DNA of 58,441 nucleotides, the filler included, from Sphacelaria rigidula (taxonomy: Eukaryota), in assembly GCA_964200075.2 (NCBI GenBank). It is 10 parts of 10 records of this genome, joined end to end, with 100 filler letters (N's around TTAATTAATTAA, not from the genome) between each part and the next. Parts side by side here need not be neighbours in the genome. Positions count along the whole stretch, not along the records: positions 1 to 5,755 come from CAXNAA020024708.1; positions 5,856 to 11,609 come from CAXNAA020024709.1; 8 more parts are not named here. One strand, written 5' to 3'. Below the pieces are notes generated by a model. The model saw only the letters and a list, made by a program, of their open reading frames with translations. It ran no database searches and had not been told where the DNA came from. Position 1 is the stretch's first letter. Every line of letters starts with the position of its first letter. Below, in pieces: positions 1-11,460 of the stretch. The translations under genes were made by a program, and so were the position numbers.

Positions 1-1494
1 AAGGCAAGAATACCGAGACCCTCGAAAAAGACGGACGGGACCGGGGCGCAGCCCCGCGTCCCGTGCGGCTTGTATGTATATTATGTGTACATGCAAGGTT
101 CCCCTTCGAGAAGTTGGTACGGACCTCCCGGGGGTGACGCAAGTCGAAAATACATGGCCAAGAGAGGCTGCTGTATCTCACTGTATAGTGTTCGTGATCG
201 TGGCTGTACAAAACATCGCGTGTGTTATCGGGTGTCCTTCGTAAATATGGGAATTCGGACGGAGGCCGACGCCGCAACCGCGTAGGACATGTGTGGTATT
301 CCCGAGGTGCCAGAGTGCGAAGTAGCTCTCGTGCCACAAAGACATGACAGCGGGAGGCACTTCCCGAAAAATTGGAATGCGTCGAACATTCTTGGCACGA
401 TACTTGTTTTTGTACATCACTGCGGCTTCCATATCACCAAGCTTTTTTTTCAACAGGGTGATTGTTTTTACGGCAGAACATTCTTGTGCTGCCGTGCTGC
501 TGTACCTTGTTCAACTCGCCAAGAGCCCATCGCACGGTCTTGTGTTTGCTACTGGCTAAGGCCAAGGCAATGTTCAGTTGTTTTCAACTGCTTTGCTCTC
601 ATGTCCTCGTGACATTGACGGCACAACCGGTGCGTTCGTGCTCCCAAATGAACGAGAACGCGACAAAGAGAAACGCTGGGAAAAAATACCCCGCCAAAAG
701 TAATCCTGTTATAGGTTTGGATGATATTGAAAATACTTTTGTGGCTCGAGTTCCTGTTTCATGTTTTCCATGATATTGAAAAAGCGTTTGTGGTTTCGGA
801 TCGACACCCCGCGAAAAAGGGCCAGTTTGAGCGACTTTCGGTGGCCAGAACACGCACCACAGGTATCAGATGACGCCCAAACCTGAACGGTTATGTACCG
901 CTGAGCCTTCTCAGAGCCTTCTCACTGCGCTGCAAAATAAAGCGTGGGAAAAAATGCCTTGCCGCCAGAGAAAACTCGGCAACAGTGGTGAAAAGTGTGC
1001 AATGATACGTGTACAAATAAACGTAGACGAACAAGAACCAAATATATATTGAGTGTATATATTTGCACGTAGTGATGGATAGTAATCGTCTTGGCTGGCA
1101 GACTGTGCGGGAAGCGAAGTGAGAGTACCCGTGGGTGGCTCGCCGTTTCCTCTCGTGGTGCCGAGTGAGCACCAGGCGGCCACGATTACCGTACGCTGGC
1201 TTGTTAAACATGCTCGTGGACGGAATGTCAACAACGCCTGTTTGAAAAAGGTACATACCACACGGCATGCTCAAAGTACCAACATGAAAGAGTCCGTCTA
1301 CCTAGATATTTTGATACACAACAGTCAGTACATGTAGCCTCACTTCCGAAGCAACTCATGGTGGGACCCCAGCGCATGCGAGATCACGCTCTTTGCCTCA
1401 CACCCGCGTTTGTTTGCCGGATACTGTCCCCCCTCTCTGCTGTGCACACACACTGCACGATACACGATACGTATGCCCGTGTATGCGCACACAG

Positions 1495-3229
1495 CAAATG
1501 CGATCGCGTTGAAGGACGAGGTGGACCAAGCGCTGATCGATAGGGTGTTCAGCTCTACGCGCCTGCTCGATCGGGAGGCAATGCGGCACTTCGTCGAGCA
1601 GCTCGTGCAGGTTTTACTCGTACACTTGCTTCTTTTTTTTTCTTTCCCGTCATACGTCTTCACCCCTCCACTTTCTTGGGACGAGCCCGCAATCTCAAAC
1701 GTGTTGGCCCGTCTCTGTCCCAGCACATGCCTAGCATTTTGGTATCGTCGATCGGATCATGACCAGCACTCCCGTGCCCCGTCGACTTTCATCATGCTTT
1801 GTGTCTGCTAGCTACTCAGCATCCTCATGTTTTCCGCGGGGAGATCACATGTCCCTCGCGTCTGCTGAGAATCGCACGCGCGACTCCGCTTGGACCAGTT
1901 CCAAGATGTGCCAGTTAGAACCACCGGGGTGCGGCGGTGGCACTCTGGTTCAACAGTCTTTCTCCGAAGTCATGAATTCGTGTATCATTTTTTATTTTAT
2001 TAGTGCATTGAGTGGATGAAACCCCCGTATGGGAAGTTCTACGTCAGTGGTCGCATCATACCGGACATTTCATTTTCCAACAGGAGCAAGAAATCTGGTA
2101 GGGTTTCCGCCCACATAGGACGCAGTACATACAGCAAGAGTCGCACCTTAAGGCTGGGTAGCGTGCACTAATGAAAACGGGTTCGTGATGAGGCCCGCTC
2201 TTGAAGTGCATATACACTCTTGAAGTGCACATATCACACATCTGTGTTGAGTGTATGGATCTCACAGTCGTATCTCGATGCTCTCCCGGCCTTGAAAGTG
2301 GATACCGACTTACCGTAAGGTCACCCTTCGAGGGCACCAAGGTTGATGGACATATCTGAGTCAAACAATTGTTTTTCATCCAGTGAAAATGATGGCAATT
2401 CACCAGATGGACACACTTAGGCGGTCCGAATGTCTAGCATGGGCAACCTTAAATCTACTCTTTGGTCACGAAATACTTTGGATCCTTGCTCCAGGAGCAG
2501 GCTCATACGCACAATACACAGAGAGTGGCGATTTGGCGCATATGGACTGTATCGGACCGCTTCGTCATGAAGCGGTTGAAGCGCTCTCTCCTCATATTAT
2601 AGGATAAGGGGTAGGTATGAGAAGAGTGAAGTAAACCAGACCTGCTCCCCCTCCTAAGGTATTATGTATATACCGTGGGTTAAGCATAAAGCTATTTCTC
2701 GTTAAAGAAGAAAATGTGTCTCCTGTTGTTACTCCCCTCCCCCCCCCCCCCCCCTTCCCTCCCCATCACGTACTTTTGAAGTCGTTGCTACTAACAGACA
2801 TACCGTATGTGCCGTGTCGTGTACGTGTGGTTCGTTTATGATATTTCTGTTTTGTTCGCTTTTTTTTTGTCACTGTTGTTTTTCAGGTTTCCCAGTCGGA
2901 GATCCCTCAGCTATTCGGCCGACATGGGGGTGTTGTTGGGGAATTGCGACAGGAAGGGGGTGGAATAAAGGGCGGAACGGCGAAGCCCAGGGTGTACTCC
3001 ATGCAGAAACTGGTCGAGGTGCGCGTGTTATGAGTTCGGGGGGGCACCCATACTCTTGAAACGGGAAGAGGGAGGGGGAGGGGGAGAGGGGGGGGGGGGG
3101 GGGGGGGGGGGTGGGGGGGGGGTTTTTTGGGGGGGTGGAAATGAATACATTGATTGGGGAAGGGGTTGTCGCACGTGGCCTTTTTTNNNNNNNNNNGGGG
3201 GGGGGGGCCAGGGGGGTGTGCGATGAGGA

Positions 3230-3279
<50 letters not shown>

Positions 3280-5214
3280 GCTGGAGTTCTGAGGGATGTC
3301 TTTCGAGGGTTGTAAATGTATACATTGATTGAGTAAGTGATTGTCGCACGTTGCCATTTCTGGAACTCATTGACGCTTTTTGTTTTTGTGAATCGGCATA
3401 ATTTCCAGCCATTTTCAAGTCGAAATGATGCCGATTCACAGAAACAAACATCGTCAGTGGGCTCCCAAAGGGTTAATATAGACCCGCCGCAAATCTAGTC
3501 CACGCATCTGTTGAGAGAGACATTTGAGGCGAGTGCAGCCACTCTAAAAACATTGTCTCTTGGTATGTACCTCAGCCCTCGAAAGTGATCGACGGAGTGC
3601 CGAAGTCATGACTTTTTTTTTTTTTTCATTTTTTCTCTCGACGTTTCGAAGGGTATATTTCAAACACACCACAGATTGAGATTTTTCAGAGGGCGGATAA
3701 GTGTGCTGCTGTCATGCGACGGCTTTGCAATCCCTTCTTGTGGTGTTGGTTTTCGCGGTTTATCTTGCTGAGTACGCAGTACGATACTACGCCCGCTGTC
3801 TGACGTGCTTATCGCTGTCTATGTCTTCTATGTTCCTGCCTGTTTTTGTCCGCCTGTTGTTGTTGTTATTGTCGTTGGTGGTGGTGGTGGTGGTGGTGGT
3901 GGTGGTGGTGGTCGAAATGATTATTGCGTTGTGCTACTGATGCTGATTTGCCCTTGCTGTGTATGATGGCAGGTGGCAGACTTGAATATGAACGTGCGCA
4001 GTCGCATAGAGTGGGCGAGCATGTGGGGCTTGTTGGCGGATCACTTCGGCACGGTAGGGAGCATCGCCGATAACCCTCCGGTGGCGATGTACACCGTCGA
4101 CTGTCTGAGACAGCTCGCCCTCAAGTTTTTGGACAAGGTGCGTGTGTAAGTGAACGTGTTTGGCTGTGTTTTTTTGTAGTGTCTAGTGTGTGTGCTTTCA
4201 AGACTATGTATTGGATCGTTGGTCTCGATGTTACCCAGACGCAGTGTAGAAGAAAGTGACGCGGCCGAATCCAGTGCATGTATGGTGGATGGTGACGTTT
4301 GACCAATGTACGTAGTCGTTGGACGAAGGCTCTGATTATCTCATGTCTTGCGCAGAGAGTGAATCGATGCTATCAGGAACGGTGAATTCCAGCATGATAC
4401 ATTTGAAGCAGCAAATCAGGAGGTACACTTACTTCAGCTGATTTTCTGTGCCCGGGTCTATCCCGTCGTCACAAGGCGATACGTTTATACTACTGTCTAG
4501 TAATAGTCGTGTGTACTGGCGCGCATTACACTGCGCTGCACCGGGAAGACCCCGCCCAACATGCAAGCCCTTGCCACGAGTACTGACGACAACAGACCAC
4601 ACCATTCACCTAACGTGGATGTTGAGCGGGCCCTGTTGACACGACAGTCTGCTTCACACAAGAAGTGTCACCACGGGCCGCTAGCAAGACTACGCAGGTG
4701 ACCATGAAACTCAGCACTGGATGTACTGTGCATGAATGAGCGGCTGGGATAATGATGGCTTTATACCCACACGTTAGCTCGCGGATCTTCACTGCCGTTC
4801 TTGTATTATTTGATGTGGAATATATATATATATATTCAGGTACTATATACATATGCAGGTGCAGGGGTCTGGGTACGAAGTGCAACGCTACTGGATCATT
4901 TGCCATGTTCTGGGTGGACGGATATTGAAGCGCCTGAAGTCATATGGTGTTAAGATATGATCGGGGGTGCCCGTCCACCTGGCATGTTTGTACGTTACTT
5001 TTTTATTCTCCTCGCCGGGTTGTGATGTTCGTTTCCCCATTACTTCAAGCACTGAAGACACTGCAACTATTCACAAAAAGCGTATGTGTATGTGTATATA
5101 TATGCGCATACAGGATGAACTCCGAGACTTCAACTTCCAAAGAGTGTTCCTGGGACCGTTCGCCACCATTGTCCGGAATAGTCCCGAGGTTCAGATACGG
5201 GAGCTCGTGGTCAG
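1495..5214 (+). CDS. Sec7/BIG-type ARF guanine-nucleotide exchange factor, internal fragment downstream of the Sec7 domain; exons 1495-1610, 2887-3018, 3973-4137, 5114-5214
   Basis: Four AG/GT-bounded exons splice in frame to ANAIALKDEVDQALIDRVFSSTRLLDREAMRHFVEQLVQ|VSQSEI...PRVYSMQKLVE|VADLNMNVRSRIEWASMWGLLADHFGTVGSIADNPPVAMYTVDCLRQLALKFLDK|DELRDFNFQRVFLGPFATIVRNSPEVQIRELVVR. This matches the BIG1/BIG2/Sec7 pattern R.FSLQKLVE...NM.R.R..WS.IW..L..HF...AIDSLRQL..KFL...EL..F.FQ..FL.PF. Confidence 0.92.
3353..3476. mobile_element. Short hairpin (foldback) MITE-like element ending in CAAAGGG-TTAA, intronic
   Basis: The inverted arms tgtttttgtgaatcggcataattt and aaatgatgccgattcacagaaaca face each other. 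The right end reads gctcccaaaggg|ttaa; the left end is degenerate. Confidence 0.45.
3856..3912 (+). repeat. (GTT)n/(GGT)n microsatellite, intronic
   Basis: Directly visible trinucleotide run. Confidence 0.9.
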
Positions 5215-5755
5215 GTGGGTGTCGATTGGCAAGAAGAATCAAAACGTTCACGCGTTCACGTCGAGAGAGTGTGCTTTCGCTCTCGTGTGCGTCGGTGTGT
5301 TTGTTGTAAGTTGTTCACACCCTGGACAACAGAACACAGAGTCAGAAAGTGTACTGCGTGCAGTATCGACTAGTGCGCCTATTGCAGTAAACAATAGATT
5401 CCATACTGTACGCAGCACATTTTTCTACAACATAATCTATTGTCCAGGGTGTGAAGTTGTTTACAAGTGTTGCACTACTCTACTACTAAAAAGTGATGGG
5501 GCAGCTGACAATCCCTCGACCTCCCAACCCCAACCCCACCCTCCTCACCCCCGGGGGGGGGAATGCAGAGGGCACGGGGGGAGGGGGCGTACTCATTTGT
5601 TGCTTGCCTTATTCGTTTGACCATTGGCCTCGCATCCCTTTCGAGACGGAAGGGGGGCTGAGGGGGGGGGGGGGGGGCACATTTGGTGGGGGGCTTGGGT
5701 GGTTGGGGAGTGGGCGGGGATCGCTTTGAAGGAGGGGAGAGGGGGAAGAGGGGGG

Positions 5756-5855
5756 NNNNNNNNNNNNNNNNNNNNNNNNNNNNNNNNNNNNNNNNNNNNT
5801 TAATTAATTAANNNNNNNNNNNNNNNNNNNNNNNNNNNNNNNNNNNNNNNNNNNN
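5756..5855. other. Artificial scaffold spacer (44N-TTAATTAATTAA-44N); identical spacers at 11610-11709, 17464-17563, 23318-23417, 29172-29271, 35026-35125, 40880-40979, 46734-46833, 52588-52687
   Basis: The same 12-mer, which has stops in all six frames, is flanked by N runs and recurs exactly every 5854 nt. Confidence 0.98.
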
Positions 5856-7462
5856 CCCGCGCACAGGCACCTAAACTACTGTACACGTCGATGCCAAGCT
5901 CCTCTAGCATAGGGCTCCCCATGATAATGACATCATCGGTACCCGGCATGACCGCATAGGAGCATGGGTCCAATACAACCGGGCCCCAGCTGGTGTGCAA
6001 AGCGGTGCGGACAGGGCAAGTTTTCTGCTTCACGCGCTCAACATTGCCATTTGCCAATTTCATCAACTGTTCACCAGCTATTGGTCTCACCACTTGGACA
6101 TCTGGAACCATGACTTGCAATTTTGCCGCCACACCAGCTGACATGGTCGTAAGTCCAGATCCTGAATCTAAAATAGCCGTGACCGGACAAACACCCTTTT
6201 CCCCTGCACTCGGGACAGACAAGTCGGCAAGACACCACCTTTCCTTGTGATCTACTTGCAGACCCTCAGATTGAAAACCTGACACCTCACCCGCTTTGAG
6301 CGATCTCCATGCTGGCACCGCCGCAGAGTTCGAACCCGGGAACGAGTGCGATGAGATGGTCTGCTGCACGCCACCAGTAGAAACGACCGGTTCTGGTGGC
6401 AACGTCGCCCCCCCGCTGGGAGCACTTTGTCCATCGGCTGAAAAGACAGCCCTTGTAGGAGCGGGACTCGTGCCCCCTCCGCGAGGCACCTGTGCAGGGC
6501 CCTGCGACAGCTGCTGTTGTTGCTGCTGCTTGTCGCCAGCCTTCGTCTGCCCACCGTCACTACGTTGTGTAGCACCAGCCTGGCCTTGCTGCTTGCAATC
6601 CTTCCGGAAATGGCCCTTGTTTCCACATATGAAACATCCTGCATAATTTGGGCCTGGTTTGCGGGTTTTCCCGAAACTGGCAGTCCCATTTCCACTGCTC
6701 GCCGTTTTTCCACCATTTGGTTGGCGCTTGCTTCCGGAAGTCCCGCTACCACTCCTTTGTTTCAGCTGCGGCTGCTGACGGCGCTGCTTATCCGCCGCTT
6801 CCACCGTCTTCCATGCCTCCGCTGCTTCCCGAGCCGTGTTAAACACAAGCCCAGGGTCCTCCTTCCACCCCCCCTTCATGTTCAACATGTTGAGGACTTT
6901 AGTTTTGAATTCAGGGGGGGTCAGTCCATTCAACAGTTCCCGAGTTATGATTTGAGCGGATCCTGGTTTGAAATCTGCATCATCGCGAAACGCACGCTCA
7001 GCGCTAGTATTCTCCGCAAAAAGTTCCTCCAGGGCACCCCACTGCCCTTCTACTCTTCCCATTGCAATTTGCTCGTTACGGGCCGCCAACGCTTTCCGCA
7101 CACCAGCAGCAGCAACTGAACGATCAATCTCTTCACCCTCCCAACATTTCGCGTGTCGGCCTAGTGCCATCTTCGTCAAGCACGGACCCGTCAAAAAACG
7201 TGCGTGACAAACACGCACGGATGTGCTTCGGCACCACTTCAGTAACAGTCAGTAAAACGGCCTGCATACTACTCCCTTTGTTGTTCATTTTGACCGCCTC
7301 TTCATACTCGACGTATTTATGATGAAAACGTCGGGACGCGTTTTCATTAAAATGCCGTCCGTACTCTGGGGCTTTCAGCGATCCTGCAGGCATAAGCTCA
7401 GTAAACTTGAACTTCACCTCTTCGCCTGCATCGCCATCACCCACTTTCTTGCGCGTTTCCAT
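5856..7462 (-). pseudogene. gag-protease ORF, copy A (frameshifted near 7168, truncated by scaffold end)
   Basis: ORF 7133..7462 (METRKKVG...) continues in ORF 5800..7218 with zinc knuckle CFICGNKGHFRKDC and retropepsin motif AILDSGSGLTT. It lacks 11 nt (ctcctgaagat) present in copy B. Confidence 0.85.
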
Positions 7463-7904
7463 AGCTGCACGCGACAGTTCCAGCCAACCTAGCCGTCTCT
7501 CCTCTGCCCGCGAGCTCCCTCACGTTACAGAGTGCACACTCCTGTGTACAAATTTTGATATAATTTCTCCGCAGCTGCCCACAGCTAAAAAACCTCTTCC
7601 AGAAACCAGCGGGTTCCTCTTCATAAACGTTTATTATAGAGCCCTCCTGGACTCAGAACAAGGTCACAAGATTGCTCCAAGGGCTTCCTCCCTCACCAGG
7701 GCCTGGAGACTTAAAGACAGTTGTTGTTCAAAAACACACAGCCTTCGTTATCGGAAGTAACCACATGCGTGAAGCTTGTGATGTTCAAATCCACATAGTC
7801 TGCCGACCAGACCCGCAAGTCCGTCAACCAATAGAAAACGCCTACAGCAGATTGTTCCACTTGTAGATCATCATGAACCTGCACGTACGTGTACTGGAGG
7901 TGGA

Positions 7905-9594
7905 CTATTCTACAGCACCCCCAAAACTCCGCCTTGTACAGCCCGTAAAATCAGATGTGTTTACACCTCGCACCGAAGTGTTTCTTGCACGTGCACAGGC
8001 ACCTAAGCTACTGTACACGCCAATGCCCAGCGCCTCCAGCGTAGGGCTCCCCATGATGATCACATCATCTGTACCCGGCATGACCGCATATGAACATGGG
8101 TCCAGCACAACCGGTCCCCAGCTGGTGTGTAAAGCGATGCGGACAGGGCAAGTTTTCTGCTTCACGCGCTCAACATTGCCATTTGCCAATTTCACCAACT
8201 GTTCACCAGCCATCGATCTCACCACTTGGACATCTGGAACCATGGCTTGCAATTTCGCCGCCACACCAGCTGACATGGTCGTAAATCCAGATCCTGAATC
8301 TAAAATAGCCGTGACCGGACAAACACCCTTTGCCCCGGCACTCGGGACAGAAACGTCGGCAAGACACCACCTTCCCTTGTGATTTACTTGCAAACCCTCA
8401 GATTGAAAACCTGACACCTCACCCGCTTTGAGCGATCTCCATGCTGGCACCGCCGCAGAGTTCGAACCCGGGAAAGAGCGCGATGAGATGGTCTGCTGCA
8501 CGCCACCAGTAGAAACGACCGGTTCTGGTGGCAACATCGCCCCACCGCTGGGAGCACTTTGTCCATCGGCTGAAACGACAGCTCTTGTAGGGGCGGGACT
8601 CGTGCCCCCTCTGCGCGGCACCTGTCCAGGGCCCTGCGACAGCTGCTGTTGTTGCTGCTGCGTGTCGCCGGCCTTCGACTGCCCACCTGTAGTATGTTAT
8701 GGAGCAGCAGCTTGGCTTTGCTGCTTACAATCCTTCACGAAGTGGCCTTTGTCTCCACATGACAAACAACCTGCATAGCTTGGGCCCGGTTTCCTAGATC
8801 TCCCGGAACTGGGCTCACTAGTCTCACTGCCAGCGGTCGCCGTTTTTCCACCATTCGGTTCGCGCTTGGATCCGGAGGTCACGCTGCCGCGGCTGCCGAC
8901 GGCGCTGCTTATCCACCGCTTCCACCGTCTTCCATGCCTCCGTTGCTTCCCAACCCGTGTTAAACACAAGCCCAGGGTCCTCCTTCCACCCCCCTTCATG
9001 TTCAACATGTTGAGGACTTTAGTTTTGAATTCGGGGGTGGGTCAGTCCATTCAACATTTCCCGAGTTATGATTTGAGCGGGTCCTGGTTTAAAATCTGCA
9101 TCATCGCGGAACGCACGCTCAGCGCTAGTATTCTCCGTAAAAAACTCCTCCAGGGCACCCCACTGCCCTTCTACTCTTCCCATTGCAGTTTGCTCGTTGC
9201 GGGCCGCCAACGCTTTCCGCACACCAGCAGCAGCAACTGGAGGATCAATCTCTTTATCCTCCCAACATTTCGCGTGTCGGCCTAGTGCCTCCTGAAGATC
9301 ATCTTCGTCAAGCACGGATCCGTCAAAAATCGTGCGTGACAAACACGCACGGGTGTGCTTCGGCACCAGTTCAGCAACAGTCAGTAAGACGGCCTGCATA
9401 CCACGTCCTGTGTTGTTCATTTTGACCGCCTCTTCATACTCGACGTATTTCTGATAAAAACGTCGGGACGCATTTTCGCTTAAATGCCGTCCGTACTCTT
9501 GGGCTTTCAGCGATCCTGCAGGTATAAGCTCAGTAAACTTAAACTTCACCTCTTCGCCTGCATCGTCATCACCCACTTTCTTGCGCGTTGCCAT
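7905..9594 (-). pseudogene. gag-protease ORF, copy B (frameshifted, no RT/RNase H/integrase)
   Basis: Split across ORFs 9019..9642, 8697..9008 and 7905..8621. It carries CLSCGDKGHFVKDC and AILDSGSGFTT. The stop (GAVE*) falls inside the start of the next unit. Confidence 0.85.
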
Positions 9595-10295
9595 AGCTGC
9601 ACGCAACAGTTCCAGCCAACCTAGCCGTCTCTCCTTTGTCAACGAGCTCCCTCACTTTACAGAGTGCACACTCCTATGTACGAAGTCTGATATAATTTCT
9701 CCGCAGCTGCCCACAGCTGAAAAACCTCTTCCAGAAACCAGCGGATTCCTCTTAATAAACGTTGATTATAGAGCCCTCCTGGACTCAGAACAAGGTCACA
9801 AGATTGCTCCAAGGGCTTCCTCCCTCACTAGGGCCTGGGGACTTTAAGGTAGCTGTTATTCATAAACACACAGCCTTCGTTATCGGAAGTAACCACATGC
9901 GTGAAGCATGTGATATTCAAATCCACAGAGTTTGCCGATCAGACCCGCAAGTCCGTCAACCAATAGAAAACGCCTACAGCAGCTTGTTCCACTTGTACAT
10001 CATCATGGACCTGCACGTACGTGTACTGGAGGTGGACTACTCTACAAGTCTGCACTTTACAGTAATACAGGTACCACAAACTTCGTTGGTACCTGGTTGT
10101 TCTGCAGTTTTCCATCTATCGACCACAGCGGGTAGGTCGACGGTTGGTCAGTCAAATGAGGAAAATGAAGAAAAAACAAGAAGCGTGACTTATTTATGGT
10201 GGGACTCTCGCTGTGGAAGTGCCGGACGCCAAGCCCCAATTACTGCCAATTTCATGGTGAAGAGCGTTCTGAACATGATCAGTACATGCACACTA

Positions 10296-11152
10296 CAGTA
10301 GTCAGCGTCAGAAGTATGCGGAATTCGTAATTTCTTAATTTCTCAAATATTTTCCAAATTTGTTTCGCTTGCGACCGCTCATCACAGGGCTGCTGGATGC
10401 CAAAAAGCGGGCACCTGAAAATATTTTCATCCTCTTGACAAATATTGAAAGAAAAAATATCTGCGATCAATATTGAGTGACTTACGGGCTTAACCGATCT
10501 TCGAGGGTCCTGCAAAAGTCCAACCCCAGGTTCGAGCTTTTCGGTATTTTCGGTGGACCGACTCGATCCCCATCATGTAAGTGGAGACTCATTTTGTTTT
10601 TTATTCCACCTATTCACTGCGCTCAAGCCGGAAAACTATGTTTCTTAGACCATTCACGGTAAAAAAAAACTCCTGATCAACGGGGTCTTTACTCCATATC
10701 GACCCCACAACACCAACTCGGGCATTGTGATTTGAGCACGGTCTGCTTATTTTGTCAAAACTATCGACGCTAGCACTTTCGAGTGCTCATGGAAAATGTG
10801 ATGCCAAAACCCCCCGAAAAGAGGTCATCCGCAGAGAATGCTAGACTGAGGTCTGTGCAGTATAGAAGGGAAACACGATCTCGATCGTTATTGTGAAGAA
10901 TTGTATACGTATTCGTTTATCTGAATATTCACCGTTCCGTTGAGGAAGAGTCGAAAAACTGTTGTTGTTGGGCAGAAACGGCCAATAGACAAACACCCTC
11001 CTGATAAACGGGGTATCTAGTCCATATCGCCCCAAATACACCAACTTGGGCACCGGCGCTAGCACTTTCAAGAAGTCATGAAGAATAGTACTCGAGGAAA
11101 CTCAAAAACTACAACAATTACGAATTCTCAAGACTTCTGATGCTGACTACTA
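10296..11152. mobile_element. Non-autonomous Tc1/mariner-like DNA element (MITE), ~857 bp
   Basis: Terminal inverted repeats cagtagtcagcgtcagaagtatgcggaattcgtaatt and aattacgaattctcaagacttctgatgctgactacta are each flanked by TA (10294-10295, 11153-11154). No transposase is visible. Confidence 0.75.
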
Positions 11153-11351
11153 TACACCTCGAAGTGATGCAGCAGGTGTATACTTCATCCGAAAAAACAT
11201 TTAACAAATGGTAACCCGCGATCACAAAATATACAAAGCTGGTCGCCCCGGTGGGTCAGTTGGTAACCTCAAAACCTCCTGACGGTTGGGTCTTGAGCCC
11301 AGTTCTCGGAGTGATCTGGGATTTTTTCTCACACAATGCCCAACCGGGGGG

Positions 11352-11460
11352 AGCGACCATGTCGTGGATACACAAAATTCGACTGAATGGTCGATGAGGG
11401 AAAGGGACTGCTGAACCTCTCGCGCGATAAAAAATAAAGGCAAGCACCGCAGAAGGAACG
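11352..11460 (-). repeat. Dispersed ~100-bp repeat (ccttctgcggtgcttgcc...cgcgagaggttcagcagtccct...gtcgaattttgtgta); other copies at 11710-11781, 11875-11970, 45625-45735 (+)
   Basis: Aligned by eye across three different scaffolds. Confidence 0.75.

Larger units (their letters stand above)
5856..10046 (-). mobile_element. Tandem LTR-retrotransposon-derived unit (Ty3/gypsy-like gag + aspartic protease), two copies with a 2132-bp period; the left copy is cut by the scaffold end
   Basis: 5856-7914 and 7915-10046 are highly similar. On the minus strand each unit starts TGTAGA(A/G)TAGTCCACC, at 10046 and 7914. Both encode a CCHC knuckle and an AILDSGS...DVIIMG protease. Confidence 0.85.

Noticed and set aside
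2383..2607. Integrase-like HMDCIGPL motif in a short ORF
   Set aside because: An isolated motif without the flanking HHCC or DDE context; likely chance.
3040..3356. Apparent tandem duplication and poly-Pro/poly-Gly ORFs around long G-runs
   Set aside because: The copy before the 10-N gap is the same sequence as the copy after it, with many bases replaced by G. This is typical of low-quality read ends after homopolymers, so it is an assembly artefact.
4967..5620. 217-aa ORF as a standalone gene
   Set aside because: Only 5114-5214 is coding (a Sec7/BIG exon); the rest is intron read-through.
5800..5811. Regularly spaced TTAATTAATTAA palindrome as a biological repeat or TTAA transposon target
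   Set aside because: It is always embedded in N runs at an exact period, so it is a synthetic six-frame-stop linker.
6517..9285. Plus-strand ORFs of 116-200 aa overlapping the gag-protease copies
   Set aside because: They are antisense shadows of the minus-strand retroelement ORF.
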